Positions 1-9,964 of a stretch of DNA of 64,000 nucleotides are shown one piece after another. Numbering within the stretch: the first letter of the stretch is position 1; the number at the start of each line of letters is the position of its first letter. The stretch is from an uncultured Nitrososphaerota archaeon (GTDB taxonomy: Archaea > Korarchaeota > Korarchaeia > Korarchaeales > Korarchaeaceae). The position numbers were made by a program, and so were the translations under genes. The stretch lies in the NCBI GenBank assembly GCA_964594835.1, contig CAZQNA010000001.1:64001-128000 (forward strand), in the 5' to 3' direction. The notes beneath the pieces were generated by a model, which searched no databases, was not told the origin of the DNA, and worked only from the letters and a program-made list of their open reading frames with translations.

Positions 1-755
1 CCTTCGAGCTCCTCCAGCGTTCCCAGATACGTGCCGTCGAGCGATATCAGGTGGGTTGGACCCCCCACTGAGAGGAGCCTTGAGAGAGGCCCGAACCTCC
101 TCACCAGAGATCGGGAGTTTACCACGCCCGAGCCAACGAGCCCGTTGTACGCTGGCATGACGACGACCCTCACGCCCTGGGGGATCACCCCTCCCCGCGG
201 GGGCGGGCCCTCCGTGGAGGAGAGGACCCAGACCCTGACCAGGCTCTTTCGGCCCGTGTTCGGATCCGTGACCAGCGCCGCAGGGTGGATGTGTCCCGCC
301 AGGATCAGCCCCGCGGACAGGACCTCCTCCAGCGGCCAGGAGTGACCGTGCACGAGCCCGGCCTTCCCCACCCGGTACCCCCGGGGCCCGACGACCCTGA
401 CGCTCTGAGGTAGGTAGGCCTCGATCCCGCCGTCGTGATTCCCCTTCACAAGGGTCACCTCCACCCCCCTCCCCGAGAGCTCGCCCACCAGCCTTCTGAT
501 CGTCAGGGCGGTCGACCTGCTAGGAGGTCCGACCCCGTGCTTCAGGTCGCCGAGAATCACGAGTTCGTCGGGCCTCTCCCGACCGACGAGCCCCAACAGC
601 CGATCGGCGATCCTCTCTGAGAGTCCCGGGACGCTGATCCCCCTGAGCCCGAGCTCGTCCTCCAGACCGAGGTGGAGGTCGGCGACCACCAGCAGCCTCC
701 TGCCCTCAACTGTAAAAGCAAGGGCCGGCTCGCCATCCACCACGGTGATCCTCAA
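1..755 (-). CDS. Calcineurin-like metallophosphoesterase, 3' end outside window
   Basis: Not in ORF track because it runs off the edge. Manual minus-strand translation from TTG 755 gives MRITVVDGEPAL...VVADLHLG...ILGDLKHG...VKGNHDG...VHGH...AGHIHP, the full metallophosphoesterase motif set. Confidence 0.85.
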   Translation of the reverse strand, partial: MRITVVDGEPALAFTVEGRRLLVVADLHLGLEDELGLRGISVPGLSERIADRLLGLVGRERPDELVILGDLKHGVGPPSRSTALTIRRLVGELSGRGVEVTLVKGNHDGGIEAYLPQSVRVVGPRGYRVGKAGLVHGHSWPLEEVLSAGLILAGHIHPAALVTDPNTGRKSLVRVWVLSSTEGPPPRGGVIPQGVRVVVMPAYNGLVGSGVVNSRSLVRRFGPLSRLLSVGGPTHLISLDGTYLGTLEELE

Positions 756-1121
756 CTGCCGACAGCCCCCCACCCGAGGGAGAGGACGAGGGAACTCCTC
801 AGGATGCTCCCTCCCGACAGCGCCGTGAAGGCCATCAGGGCCGTCGAGGAGGGTCGGGTGATAAGGGTAACCTCGCCGGATGGCTTCGAGGCGTGGCTGG
901 TCGAGGGGGAGAGGGGGGCGTACCTGGTGCTCGGGGACTACTACTGCACCTGCACCGACTTCTACGTCGAGGCCCTCCTCAGGAGGGGAAGGCCCTACTG
1001 CTATCACCTGATCGCCAAGGAGATCGCCGAGTCGGAGGGTAGGGTCAGGGAGAGGAGGCTAACGAGGGGCGAGATGATCAGCCTCCTGACCAGGCTCACC
1101 GACTTCAGGGGCGACCCCTGA
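756..1121 (+). CDS. SWIM zinc-finger protein
   Basis: YCTCTDF...CYHLIA (CxC-xn-CxH). Start uncertain: in-frame CTG 756 after GGTGA, or ATG 804. Confidence 0.75.
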   Translation: MPTAPHPRERTRELLRMLPPDSAVKAIRAVEEGRVIRVTSPDGFEAWLVEGERGAYLVLGDYYCTCTDFYVEALLRRGRPYCYHLIAKEIAESEGRVRERRLTRGEMISLLTRLTDFRGDP

Positions 1122-1159
1122 CGCCGCGGCCCGTCCCGTCAGCGACGGTCGATGAACGC

Positions 1160-1167
1160 TTTATAAA
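1160..1167 (+). promoter_or_regulatory. TATA box candidate
   Basis: TTTATAAA in GC-rich context about 40 nt before the regulator gene. Confidence 0.5.
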
Positions 1168-1203
1168 TGAGCGGAGGCCGCCGCTGCCCGAGCCTTCGGA
1201 AAG

Positions 1204-1968
1204 GTGGTGCTTTTGTCAGAGGGAGGCTCCTCAGAGGAGGTAGTGGCATCCTACCACAGGCGCATACTGAGGGAGACCATCGCCAAGAAGATAGCCGGCG
1301 ACATCCTGTTCTCCAGCGACATAGGTCTGGCGATGAGGAAGTGGAGGCAGTACTTTGGGATCAAGCAGAGCGAGCTCGCCAGGGCCCTGGAGGTGTCCGC
1401 CTCCGTGATCTCCGACTACGAATCTGGAAGGAGGAGGAGCCCGGGATCCCTCGTTCTGAGGAGGTTCGTCGAGGCCCTCCTGGAGCTGGACGAGAAGAGG
1501 GGGGGCGCCACGATCAAGACCCTCGCGAGAACCCTCGGCATCTCCGACATGCTCGTCAGCGTCGTCGACATCAGGGAGCTGGCGGCCCCGGTCGAGACCG
1601 ACAGGTTCGTAGAGGTCATAGAGGGCGAGGTCCTCGTGGAGCCCTCGGGCTCGAAGTACATATACGGATACACGGTGATCGACAGCGTGAAGGCCATAGA
1701 GACGCTCTCGGGGGCGGACTTCATGAGGCTGTTCGGATCCTCGACCGAGAGGGCCCTGATATTCACGAAGGTCTCAACCGGTAGGTCCCCGATGGTGGCG
1801 ATAAGGGTCTTCGACGTGAGGCCGGCCCTGGTCGTCCTCCACGGGCTGAAGCCGGACTCCGTCGATCCGCTGGCCATGAGGCTCGCTAAGCTCTCCAACG
1901 TGGGACTTGTGGTGTCCAAGCTGCCCGAGATCGGCGACCTGGTTGAGAGGCTCAGATCGTCCCTCTAG
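1204..1968 (+). CDS. XRE-type HTH transcriptional regulator with C-terminal DRTGG-like domain (COG1709-like)
   Basis: IAGDI...RKWRQYFGIKQSELARALEVSASVISDYESGRR HTH; GYTVIDS, STERALIFTKVSTGRSPMVAIR. Confidence 0.85.
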   Translation: MVLLSEGGSSEEVVASYHRRILRETIAKKIAGDILFSSDIGLAMRKWRQYFGIKQSELARALEVSASVISDYESGRRRSPGSLVLRRFVEALLELDEKRGGATIKTLARTLGISDMLVSVVDIRELAAPVETDRFVEVIEGEVLVEPSGSKYIYGYTVIDSVKAIETLSGADFMRLFGSSTERALIFTKVSTGRSPMVAIRVFDVRPALVVLHGLKPDSVDPLAMRLAKLSNVGLVVSKLPEIGDLVERLRSSL

Positions 1969-2151
1969 GCGGACGCCAGGTGGGGTAGTCTGCGGCGGTT
2001 AGTCAACATTTATTTGATCTAGAGCCAGGAGGGTAAATCGCCGAGGTATCGGACCTATCTGAAGTTACTTTCTCACTAATTCTCCGCCGAAATATTTAAT
2101 AAACCGCCGGTGTTTGGCGATCGTCTAAAAAATCACGCCAAGGTGATGGCA

Positions 2152-4041
2152 ATGGCCGCAGTCCTGCTGGGGGAGGAAGACAAAGTAGTCCTGATGATGG
2201 GCAACGAGGCCATTGCTCGGGGCGCGCTGGAGGCGGGGGCTCAGTTCATCACGGCCTACCCGGGGACGCCAAGCAGCGAGGTGCTCGCCAACCTCTCCAG
2301 GGTGGCCGACAGGGCCGGGATCTACGTAGAGTGGTCGACCAACGAGAAGGTGGCGTTCGAGGCCGCCTACTCGGCGGCCCTCGCCGGGCTGAGGTCAATG
2401 ACCGTCATGAAGCACCTCGGCACCCACTGGATAGTCGACCCCCTTGCCGTGGCCGCCATTACAGGGGTGGACGCGGGCCTGGTCGTGGTCTCGGCTGACG
2501 ATCCGTACCCGCACAGCTCTCAGAGTTCGGTCGACACCAGGTTCCACGGCAGGATAGTGAACATCCCCGTGGTAGAGCCCTCTGATCCGGCCGAGGCGAA
2601 GGACCTCATAGTCTGGGCCATGGATCTGTCCGAGGAGACGGGCACCCCGGTCCTGTTCAGGTACACCACGGCCGTTGCCCACTCCAAGTCCCCGGTCAGG
2701 CTCGGGCCCCTCCGACTCGAGAGGAGGAGGCCCAGGTTCCCGAGGGACCACCCTCGCCTGGTCAGCATAGCCCCCCACGCGAGGGCCAACATCCCCAAGC
2801 TGTACGACCGGCTGGAGCGCGTCAGGGAGGCCTTCGAGAGGGAGCCCTTCGTCCAGAGGTTTGGACCGGGATCCGGGGAGTGGGGGATCATCACGGCGGG
2901 AGTCCCCCACAACTACGCAATGGATGTCCTGGCCGCGGAGGGGCTGCTGGGGGATGTTCCCGTTCTGAAGCTTGTGGCTCAGTATCCCATTCCCGAGGGG
3001 AGCGTCCTGAGTTTCCTCCGTTCGGTCGACCGGGTCCTCGTTCTGGAGGAGCTCGAGCCCTTCGTCGAGGATCAAGTCGTCAGGATAGCCAAGCTCAACA
3101 AGGTCGAGGTCGAGATCTACGGCAAGAACACCGGGCACCTGCCGAGATACGGAGAGTACAGCCCTGATATGGTTGGGGGTGTCATGAGCGACCTCTTCGG
3201 CCTCAACTACCCTGCGCAGGCGCTCGCCACGTTTGAGGAGGTCTCCTCCTCCGTGGACAGGAGGATACCCCAGATGTGCGCCGGCTGCCCGCACAGGGGC
3301 TCTTACCTGGCGATCAAGTCGGCGTTCTCGAGGCTGGGGACCGAGGGACTCGTCTTCGGGGACAGGGGCTGCTACAACCAGGGCTCGAATCCGCCCCTGG
3401 ACGCCATCGACACCTGCATAGCAATGGGCTCGAGCATAGCCATGGCCGCCGCCGCTAAGAAGGCGGGTGAGGAGAGGCCCGTGGTGGCCGTGATAGGGGA
3501 CTCCACATTCTTCCACGGGGGGCTCCCGGCCCTGGTCAACGCGGTGGTCAACCGGGCGCCGATCGTGGTGGCCGTGTTCGACAACAGGTGGACGTGCATG
3601 ACGGGACACCAGCCGAGCCCCACTTCGGGGGTGAACGCTCTCGGGAATCAGGCGCCGGTCCTGAAACCCGAGGACGTGGCAAGGGCGTTTCAGGTCCCGT
3701 TCGTTAAGGTCCTGAGCCCCTACAACCTCAAGGCCGCCGAGGAGGCGGTGGTCGAGGCCATAAACTCGGCCGAGTCTTCCGGCATGCCAGCGGTCCTCGT
3801 CTTTCGGGCCGAGTGCACGCTTCAGGTGCTCAGGCGCCTGAGGAAGAGGGGGGTAAGGCCCAAGCCCATGACGGTCAACCCCTCCGCGTGCGTGGGCTGC
3901 AAGGAGTGCATCAAGACCGGGTGTCCGGCACTGGGCTTTGACGAGGAGCTCAACAAGGCGTTCATCTACGAGGACAAGTGCACCGGGTGCACGATATGCG
4001 CGCAGGTGTGTCCAACGGGGGCCATAGTGAGGGGGGAGTGA
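2152..4041 (+). CDS. iorA: Indolepyruvate:ferredoxin oxidoreductase alpha subunit
   Basis: GNEAIARGA, YPGTPSSE, EWSTNEKVA, CAGCPH, TPP motif GDSTFFH...N, C-terminal 2x[4Fe-4S]. Start placed at ATG after AGGTGA. Confidence 0.92.
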   Translation: MAAVLLGEEDKVVLMMGNEAIARGALEAGAQFITAYPGTPSSEVLANLSRVADRAGIYVEWSTNEKVAFEAAYSAALAGLRSMTVMKHLGTHWIVDPLAVAAITGVDAGLVVVSADDPYPHSSQSSVDTRFHGRIVNIPVVEPSDPAEAKDLIVWAMDLSEETGTPVLFRYTTAVAHSKSPVRLGPLRLERRRPRFPRDHPRLVSIAPHARANIPKLYDRLERVREAFEREPFVQRFGPGSGEWGIITAGVPHNYAMDVLAAEGLLGDVPVLKLVAQYPIPEGSVLSFLRSVDRVLVLEELEPFVEDQVVRIAKLNKVEVEIYGKNTGHLPRYGEYSPDMVGGVMSDLFGLNYPAQALATFEEVSSSVDRRIPQMCAGCPHRGSYLAIKSAFSRLGTEGLVFGDRGCYNQGSNPPLDAIDTCIAMGSSIAMAAAAKKAGEERPVVAVIGDSTFFHGGLPALVNAVVNRAPIVVAVFDNRWTCMTGHQPSPTSGVNALGNQAPVLKPEDVARAFQVPFVKVLSPYNLKAAEEAVVEAINSAESSGMPAVLVFRAECTLQVLRRLRKRGVRPKPMTVNPSACVGCKECIKTGCPALGFDEELNKAFIYEDKCTGCTICAQVCPTGAIVRGE

Positions 4042-4044
4042 CCC

Positions 4045-4674
4045 TTGACGCGCGAGGAGGTCTCGGAGGTGAACGTCGTCCTGGCCGGAGTGGGCGGCCA
4101 GGGCGTGGTCGTGGCCTCGGACATCCTGGGTTTAGCCGCGGTGAGGGCGGGCCTCAACGTCAGGATAGCCAACATGCACGGGCTCGCTCAGAGGGAGGGA
4201 TCTGTGTACAGTCACGTCAGGATGGGGAGGGCCGTCTACAGCCCCAAGATCCCCCTGGGCAGGGCCGACGTCATAGTGGGATTTGAGATATCCGAGGCTG
4301 CGAGGCACCTTAGGCTGCTCAAGCCCGTCGGGGGGACCCTCATCGTGAACAACTCGCTGATGTATCCGCTGGCCCACTTCACGGGCCACGTCAGGTATCC
4401 CCCGAGGGAGGAGTTCCTCGGCCTCCTGGAGGAGAGGATCCCCTCTGGGAGGATCCACGTGATAGACGCTCCGTCTCTGGCCATAAGGGCGGGGAACCCC
4501 CGGACGGTCAACGTGGTCATGCTGGGGGCCCTGTCGGCCACAGAGATACTTCCCATACCTCTCGAGGATCTGGTGGAGGCCGTCAAGGCCAGGGTTCCGA
4601 AGTTTGCCCTCGAGGAAAATGAGAGGGCCTTCTGGATGGGATATAACGAGGTTTCTGGAGGTGGGACGAATTGA
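4045..4674 (+). CDS. iorB: Indolepyruvate:ferredoxin oxidoreductase beta subunit
   Basis: [24 protein letters not shown]; directly follows iorA. Confidence 0.92.
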   Translation: MTREEVSEVNVVLAGVGGQGVVVASDILGLAAVRAGLNVRIANMHGLAQREGSVYSHVRMGRAVYSPKIPLGRADVIVGFEISEAARHLRLLKPVGGTLIVNNSLMYPLAHFTGHVRYPPREEFLGLLEERIPSGRIHVIDAPSLAIRAGNPRTVNVVMLGALSATEILPIPLEDLVEAVKARVPKFALEENERAFWMGYNEVSGGGTN

Positions 4675-5747
4675 AGCCTCAGAGGCCGGTGGGAATCGTG
4701 GGTTGGGGGGCGTACGTCCCTCAGTACCGCATCAGGGAGGAGGATCTGGCTCAGGCCTGGGGTCGAGATTACAAGAGGTACGCATCCGGGCTGATGGTCA
4801 CGGAGAAGAGTGTGCCCGGCTTGGACGAGGACACCCTCACGATAGCCTACGAGGCCGCCCAGAACGCGCTGGCCAGGGCCGGCATAGATCCCTCTCAGCT
4901 GGGGGCCGTCTACGTCGGAACTGAGTCAAAGCCTTACGCTGTGAAGCCGACCTCGACCGTGCTGGCCGAGGCCATAGGGGCCAGTGGGGCGACCACCGGC
5001 GCCGACTTCGAGTTCGCGTGCAAGGCTGGGACAGAGGCCATTCAGGCCGTCACGGGCCTGATAGGCTCTGGGATGATCAGGTACGGACTGGCCGTCGGCG
5101 CGGACACGTCTCAGGGGGCCCCGGGAGATCCCCTGGAGTACACGGCCTCGGCCGGAGGGGCGGCGTTCGTCCTCGGTCCGGCGGAGGAGTCCGTCGCCGA
5201 GATCGTCGCCTCCCACTCCTACGTGACCGACACCCCTGACTTCTGGAGGAGGGCCCACATGAAGTACCCCTCTCACGCGAGGGCGTTCACCGGGGAGCCG
5301 GCCTACTTCCACCACATCGTGTCGGCGGCCCGGGCCCTGATGGAGGAGATGGGCACCGAGCCCCGGGACTACGACTTCGTCGTGTTCCACCAGCCCAACG
5401 GCAAGTTCCCCAGGAGGGTCGGCAAGAGGCTCGGGTTCACGAGGGAGCAGATCGAGCCGGGGCTGATAACGCCAATAATAGGCAACACCTACAGCGGGTC
5501 CTCTCTGGTCGGCCTGTCGGCGGTGCTCGACGTCGCGGAGCCCGGCGCCAAGATCCTTGTCGTATCCTTCGGCTCGGGAGCCGGCAGCGACGCCTTCCAC
5601 ATCGAGGTCAGGGACAGGATAACTGAGGTCAGGGGCCGGGCCCCCGGGCTGGAGACCTACCTGAGGAGGAAGGTGTACGTGGACTACCCCTACTACGCCA
5701 GGAGCATGAGGATGTACGTGATGCCCTCCGACGTGGGGGCCTACTGA
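4671..5747 (+). CDS. hmgB: Hydroxymethylglutaryl-CoA synthase (archaeal type)
   Basis: [51 protein letters not shown]. Confidence 0.95.
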   Translation: MKPQRPVGIVGWGAYVPQYRIREEDLAQAWGRDYKRYASGLMVTEKSVPGLDEDTLTIAYEAAQNALARAGIDPSQLGAVYVGTESKPYAVKPTSTVLAEAIGASGATTGADFEFACKAGTEAIQAVTGLIGSGMIRYGLAVGADTSQGAPGDPLEYTASAGGAAFVLGPAEESVAEIVASHSYVTDTPDFWRRAHMKYPSHARAFTGEPAYFHHIVSAARALMEEMGTEPRDYDFVVFHQPNGKFPRRVGKRLGFTREQIEPGLITPIIGNTYSGSSLVGLSAVLDVAEPGAKILVVSFGSGAGSDAFHIEVRDRITEVRGRAPGLETYLRRKVYVDYPYYARSMRMYVMPSDVGAY

Positions 5748-5753
5748 CGGGAG

Positions 5754-6920
5754 GTGAGTGCCGTGCGGGATGTCTACGTGATAGGGTCGGGCCTCACGAA
5801 GGTGGGGAACCTGTGGGACAGGGGGCTCAGGGACCTGGCGGCCGAGGCTGGCTTGGCCGCCATGGAGGAGGCTGGCGTCGAGGGAGTCGACGCCGTGTTC
5901 GTGGGGAACATGATGTCCGGCATCCTGAACGCTCAGGAAAACCTGGGGGCCTATGTCGCCGACTATCTCGGCCTCTCAGGGGTTCCGGCGTTCAAGGTCG
6001 AGGCCGCCTGCGCCTCCGGTGGGGCGGCCCTGGTGAGCGCGGCCCTGGCGATAAAGTCCGGCCTGTTCGAGAGGGTGCTGGTGGTCGGCGTGGAGAAGAT
6101 GTCCGACATGACGGCCACGGAGGACGTGACTTCTGCCCTTGCCACGGCCTCTGAGGCCGACTACGAGCTCTTCTGGGGGGCCTCGTTTGTCTCCCTCAAC
6201 GCGCTCATCATGAGGGCCTACTCGAGCAGGTACGGGCTCGGCGAGGAGGACTTCGGGTGGCTGCCGATCTTGATGCACAAGAACGCTTCGGATGTTCCCT
6301 ACGCTCAGCTGCGGTTTCCAATAACGATGGAGGGATACCTGTCATCCCCCAAGATCGCAGATCCGATCAAGCTGCTGGACTCGGCCCCCATGGGGGACGG
6401 GGCCGCGGCCGCGGTCCTCTCGGCCAGGGAGAGGAGGGATGGGGAGGGGGTCTCGGTGAGGCTCGCGGGCTTCGGGTCGGCGACCGACACGGTGGCTCTC
6501 TACACGAGGGAGGACCTCGTGGAGCTGAGGGGGGCCAAGTTGGCCGCCAAGAGGGCCATGGAGATGGCGAGGGTATCTCCGGGCGATCTACAGGTTCTCG
6601 AGGTGCACGACGCATTCAGCGTCATGGGGTACCTGAACCTGGAGGCGCTCGGCGTGGTCGAGCCCGGCAAGGCCAGCAGGATGATAGCCTCAGGAGACGC
6701 CGATAGGTCGGGCAGCCTTCCCGTGAATCCTGAGGGCGGCCTGAAGGCCAGAGGACACCCAGTTGGGGCCACGGGGGTCTACCAGTTCGTGGAACTCTAC
6801 AGGCAGCTCGCCGGCAGGGCGGGCCCCGCTCAGGCGGGAAGCCCGGAGCTGGGCGCCGCCATGAACGTCGGGGGGACGGGCTCAAACGTGGTTGTGACCA
6901 TCCTGAGGAGGGTGAGCTGA
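5754..6920 (+). CDS. Acetyl-CoA acetyltransferase (acetoacetyl-CoA thiolase)
   Basis: EAACASG, GVEKM, EVHDAF, GGLKARGHPVGATG; sits in the HMGS-DUF35 cluster. Confidence 0.93.
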   Translation: MSAVRDVYVIGSGLTKVGNLWDRGLRDLAAEAGLAAMEEAGVEGVDAVFVGNMMSGILNAQENLGAYVADYLGLSGVPAFKVEAACASGGAALVSAALAIKSGLFERVLVVGVEKMSDMTATEDVTSALATASEADYELFWGASFVSLNALIMRAYSSRYGLGEEDFGWLPILMHKNASDVPYAQLRFPITMEGYLSSPKIADPIKLLDSAPMGDGAAAAVLSARERRDGEGVSVRLAGFGSATDTVALYTREDLVELRGAKLAAKRAMEMARVSPGDLQVLEVHDAFSVMGYLNLEALGVVEPGKASRMIASGDADRSGSLPVNPEGGLKARGHPVGATGVYQFVELYRQLAGRAGPAQAGSPELGAAMNVGGTGSNVVVTILRRVS

Positions 6921-6921
6921 G

Positions 6922-7335
6922 ATGTGGGCGTTCATCCCGAGCATACCGTCGATCAAGCGGGAGATGCCCTCCCGATACAGGCTCGAGGGCTTTGAGTGCC
7001 GCGACTGCGGATTCCGTTCACTCCCACCTAGGCAGGTGTGCCCTCGATGTGGGTCGAGGAACTTGGAGAGGGTCAGGCTGCCTGGGAGGGGTAGGGTCCT
7101 ACAGCACACGGTGGTCCGCTCCGCCCCCAGGGGGTACGAGTTCTACACACCCTACGTGCTGGCCCTAATTGAGCTGGAGGACGGCACCAGGGTGTTCTCC
7201 CAGCTGACGGACGTCGACCCCGATGAGGTGTCTCCTGGCATGGAGGTCGAGGCTGTGCTGAGGAAGGTCAGGGTCGGCGGCCACGGGGGACCGGTGGCCT
7301 ACGGCCTGAAGTTCAGGCCCGCGCTCGAGCGGTGA
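6922..7335 (+). CDS. DUF35 Zn-ribbon/OB-fold scaffold of the thiolase-HMGS complex
   Basis: CRDC...CPRC followed by OB fold ending YGLKFRP. Confidence 0.92.
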   Translation: MWAFIPSIPSIKREMPSRYRLEGFECRDCGFRSLPPRQVCPRCGSRNLERVRLPGRGRVLQHTVVRSAPRGYEFYTPYVLALIELEDGTRVFSQLTDVDPDEVSPGMEVEAVLRKVRVGGHGGPVAYGLKFRPALER

Positions 7336-7342
7336 GGACCAC

Positions 7343-8581
7343 TTGGAGGATCTTCTGAGGAGGCTGATCTCCGGGGAGATAAAGCTCAGGGAGCTTGACT
7401 CGGAGCTGGGGGACTCAAACGCCGCGGCCGACGTGAGGCTGTCCTTCCTGGAGAGGGTTACCGGGGCGGACCTGGGGCCCCTCCGGAGGGGCAGACTCGA
7501 CTTCAACAGGCTGGTGGGCTGGAACATCGAGAACCCGGTCGGAGAGGTCAGCGTCCCCGTGGGGGTCGTCGGCCCCCTGTGGGTAGAGGGAGACTACGCC
7601 AGGGGCACCTTCTACCCCCTGCTCGCAACCACCGAGGGTGCCCTCGTGGCGTCGGTGAACAGGGGGGCGACGACGATCACGATGGCGGGGGGCGCCAGGA
7701 CAAAGGTGCTACGTGACGGCATGGCCCGCGCGCCCACCTTCGTGGCGCCCAACGCGTCCAGGGCGGCCGAGCTGGCCGAGTGGGCCGTGAAGAACGTGGA
7801 TTTGCTCGCCGAGTGGGTCCGGGAGGTCACGCGGCACGGGAGGCTGAGGCAGGTCCAGCCCCTCCAGGCTGGTAGGACCGTGTACCTCAGGCTCGTTTTT
7901 GAGACCGGTGACGCCATGGGGATGAACATGGTGACCCTTTCGGCCGACAGGATAGTCAGGGGGATAGCAGAGTTCTTCCCCGACGTCGACCCGGTGGCGC
8001 TTAGCGGAAACGTGTGCTCGGACAAGAAGGCCGCGGCCGTGAACTGGATAAACGGTCGGGGAAAGACCGTCGTGGCCGAGGCCTTCATCCCGGGGGAACT
8101 CGTGCGAAGGAGGTTGAAGACCACCCCTGACAGGCTGGTTGAGGTCGGCTGGAGGAAGAACCAGCTCGGCTCCTCCGTCGCGGGAACCCTCGGGGGGTTC
8201 AACGCCAACGCGGCCAACGTCGTCGCGGCCATGTTCATAGCCTACGGACAGGACCCCGCGCAGGTGGTGGAGTCCAGCACCGGGATCACGACGGTCGAGC
8301 GGTGGGAGGGAGGGGTCTACGTGTCCCTGACCCTCCCGTCCCTGGAGGTCGGCACGGTGGGTGGGGGCACCAGGTTGCCCTACGCGAGGGCCGCCCTAGA
8401 GGCGCTCGGCTGCGCCGGAGGCGGGGATCCGCCGGGATCCAACGCCAGGAAGTTCGCCGAGATAGTGGCCGCCACGGCGCTGGCGGGGGAGCTCTCCCTC
8501 CTCGCATCTCTGGCGGAGGGATCGCTCGCCCGAAGTCACGCGAGGCTGGGCAGGGGAGGCTCGCCGAGCGGAAGGCGATAA
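7343..8581 (+). CDS. hmgA: HMG-CoA reductase (class I, NADPH)
   Basis: ENPVG, ATTEGALVAS, TGDAMGMNMV, GNVCSDKK, GQDPAQ, GTVGGGT. Confidence 0.96.
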   Translation: MEDLLRRLISGEIKLRELDSELGDSNAAADVRLSFLERVTGADLGPLRRGRLDFNRLVGWNIENPVGEVSVPVGVVGPLWVEGDYARGTFYPLLATTEGALVASVNRGATTITMAGGARTKVLRDGMARAPTFVAPNASRAAELAEWAVKNVDLLAEWVREVTRHGRLRQVQPLQAGRTVYLRLVFETGDAMGMNMVTLSADRIVRGIAEFFPDVDPVALSGNVCSDKKAAAVNWINGRGKTVVAEAFIPGELVRRRLKTTPDRLVEVGWRKNQLGSSVAGTLGGFNANAANVVAAMFIAYGQDPAQVVESSTGITTVERWEGGVYVSLTLPSLEVGTVGGGTRLPYARAALEALGCAGGGDPPGSNARKFAEIVAATALAGELSLLASLAEGSLARSHARLGRGGSPSGRR

Positions 8582-8620
8582 CCGACACCGTTTTTGTTGA
8601 CCGAGGGAATGGCCGTTGGG

Positions 8621-9964
8621 ATGAGCCTCTCCTACTCGGGTAGGGCCAGGGACCTGCTGGAGTCGGCCGGAGCCAGGGACTACGACCTGCTGAGGATTTC
8701 GGCTGGGAACAGGGTCTACGAGGGCATCCTCATGCCGAGGCCCGAGATCTTGGACGACAGGCACGTGGTCCTCAAGCTCGCGAACGGCTACAACGTCGGG
8801 ATAGACGTCGAGAGGATCTCCTCCGTTGAGGTTCTCGGGAGGGCGAAGCCGCCCGAGAGGCCCTCTCCCCCAAGGGTTCCACCGAGGGAGGGCCTGCCAT
8901 CCGTCCCCATCGTGGTGACGGGCGGCACCATAGCCTCCAGGGTGGACTACTCCACAGGGGCGGTAAAGCCGACGGAGACCCCGGAGGAGCTGATAGACCT
9001 CATACCGGAGATCGCGGAGCTGGCGAACGTCTCCTACGTGCCCCTGATGGCAAAGCTGAGCGAGGACATCACGCCGGATGAGTGGGGCAGGATAGCCGAG
9101 AGGGTCGCCGAGGAGCTCAACTCCGGGGCCAGCGGCGTCGTGGTGGCCCACGGTACGGACACCATGCACTACACCGCCTCGGCGCTGGCCTTCATGCTGG
9201 AGGGCCTGACGGGGCCCGTTGTCCTGGTGGGCTCTCAGAGGTCGATAGACCGGCCCAGTACGGACGCGGTCCTGAACGTCGCCTCTGCCGTCAGGGTCGC
9301 GGCCGAGGGGCCCATGGCGGAGTCCGTGATAGTCATGCACGGCAGCACCTCCGACGACTTCGCGTGGGTGATCAGGGGGGTCAGGGCAAGGAAGATGCAC
9401 ACCTCCCGGAGGGACGCCTTCATCTCGGTGAACGAGCCCCCCCTGGCCAAGGTGACGGAGGGGGGGATAGAGGTGCTGAACCCCAGGTTCAGGGCCAGGC
9501 CGGGCGAGCCCGGTGATGTCGTGGCGAGGACCGAGATAGAGCCTCGCGTGGCCCTGATTCACGCATGGCCGGGGATAGAGCGAGGTCTCCTGGAGGCCGT
9601 CGCCTCGATCGGCTACAGGGGCATCGTGATGGCCGGAACCGGCCTCGGACACGTCCCCAACAGGGTGATCGAGGAGATAGGGTCGATCGTGGACTCCGGA
9701 GTCCCGGTGGTGGTGACGTCTCAGTGCCTCTTTGGGAGGGTGGACCTGAAGGTCTACTCCACGGGCAGGAGGATGCTCCAGGCCGGGGTGATACCGGCGG
9801 CCGACACGCTCCCGGAGGTGGCCACCGTGAAGCTCATGGTGGCCCTGGGCAGGGGTATGGAGGGCGAGGACCTCCGGAGGTTCATGACCACCAGCCAGGT
9901 GGGAGAGCTGACCGAGACCATCAGCCCGGCGGCCTACCCGCCCTGCTTCTCGGGAGGTGCCTGA
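8621..9964 (+). CDS. gatD: Glu-tRNA(Gln) amidotransferase subunit D
   Basis: KLANGYNVG, TGGTIASRVDY, HGTDT, SQRSIDRPS, RKMHTSRRDAF. Start may be 8594-8621. Confidence 0.96.
   Translation: MSLSYSGRARDLLESAGARDYDLLRISAGNRVYEGILMPRPEILDDRHVVLKLANGYNVGIDVERISSVEVLGRAKPPERPSPPRVPPREGLPSVPIVVTGGTIASRVDYSTGAVKPTETPEELIDLIPEIAELANVSYVPLMAKLSEDITPDEWGRIAERVAEELNSGASGVVVAHGTDTMHYTASALAFMLEGLTGPVVLVGSQRSIDRPSTDAVLNVASAVRVAAEGPMAESVIVMHGSTSDDFAWVIRGVRARKMHTSRRDAFISVNEPPLAKVTEGGIEVLNPRFRARPGEPGDVVARTEIEPRVALIHAWPGIERGLLEAVASIGYRGIVMAGTGLGHVPNRVIEEIGSIVDSGVPVVVTSQCLFGRVDLKVYSTGRRMLQAGVIPAADTLPEVATVKLMVALGRGMEGEDLRRFMTTSQVGELTETISPAAYPPCFSGGA

Noticed and set aside
3378-3400. tRNA T-arm-like CCAGGGCTCGAATCCGCCCCTGG
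   Set aside because: Lies inside iorA coding sequence, and no cloverleaf can be built.
2395-3609. Long antisense ORFs (for example 2395-3609, 8396-9652, 12839-13939, 35359-36597, 58924-59904, 63056-63997)
   Set aside because: Shadow ORFs of well-supported genes, expected at high GC, with no recognisable motifs.
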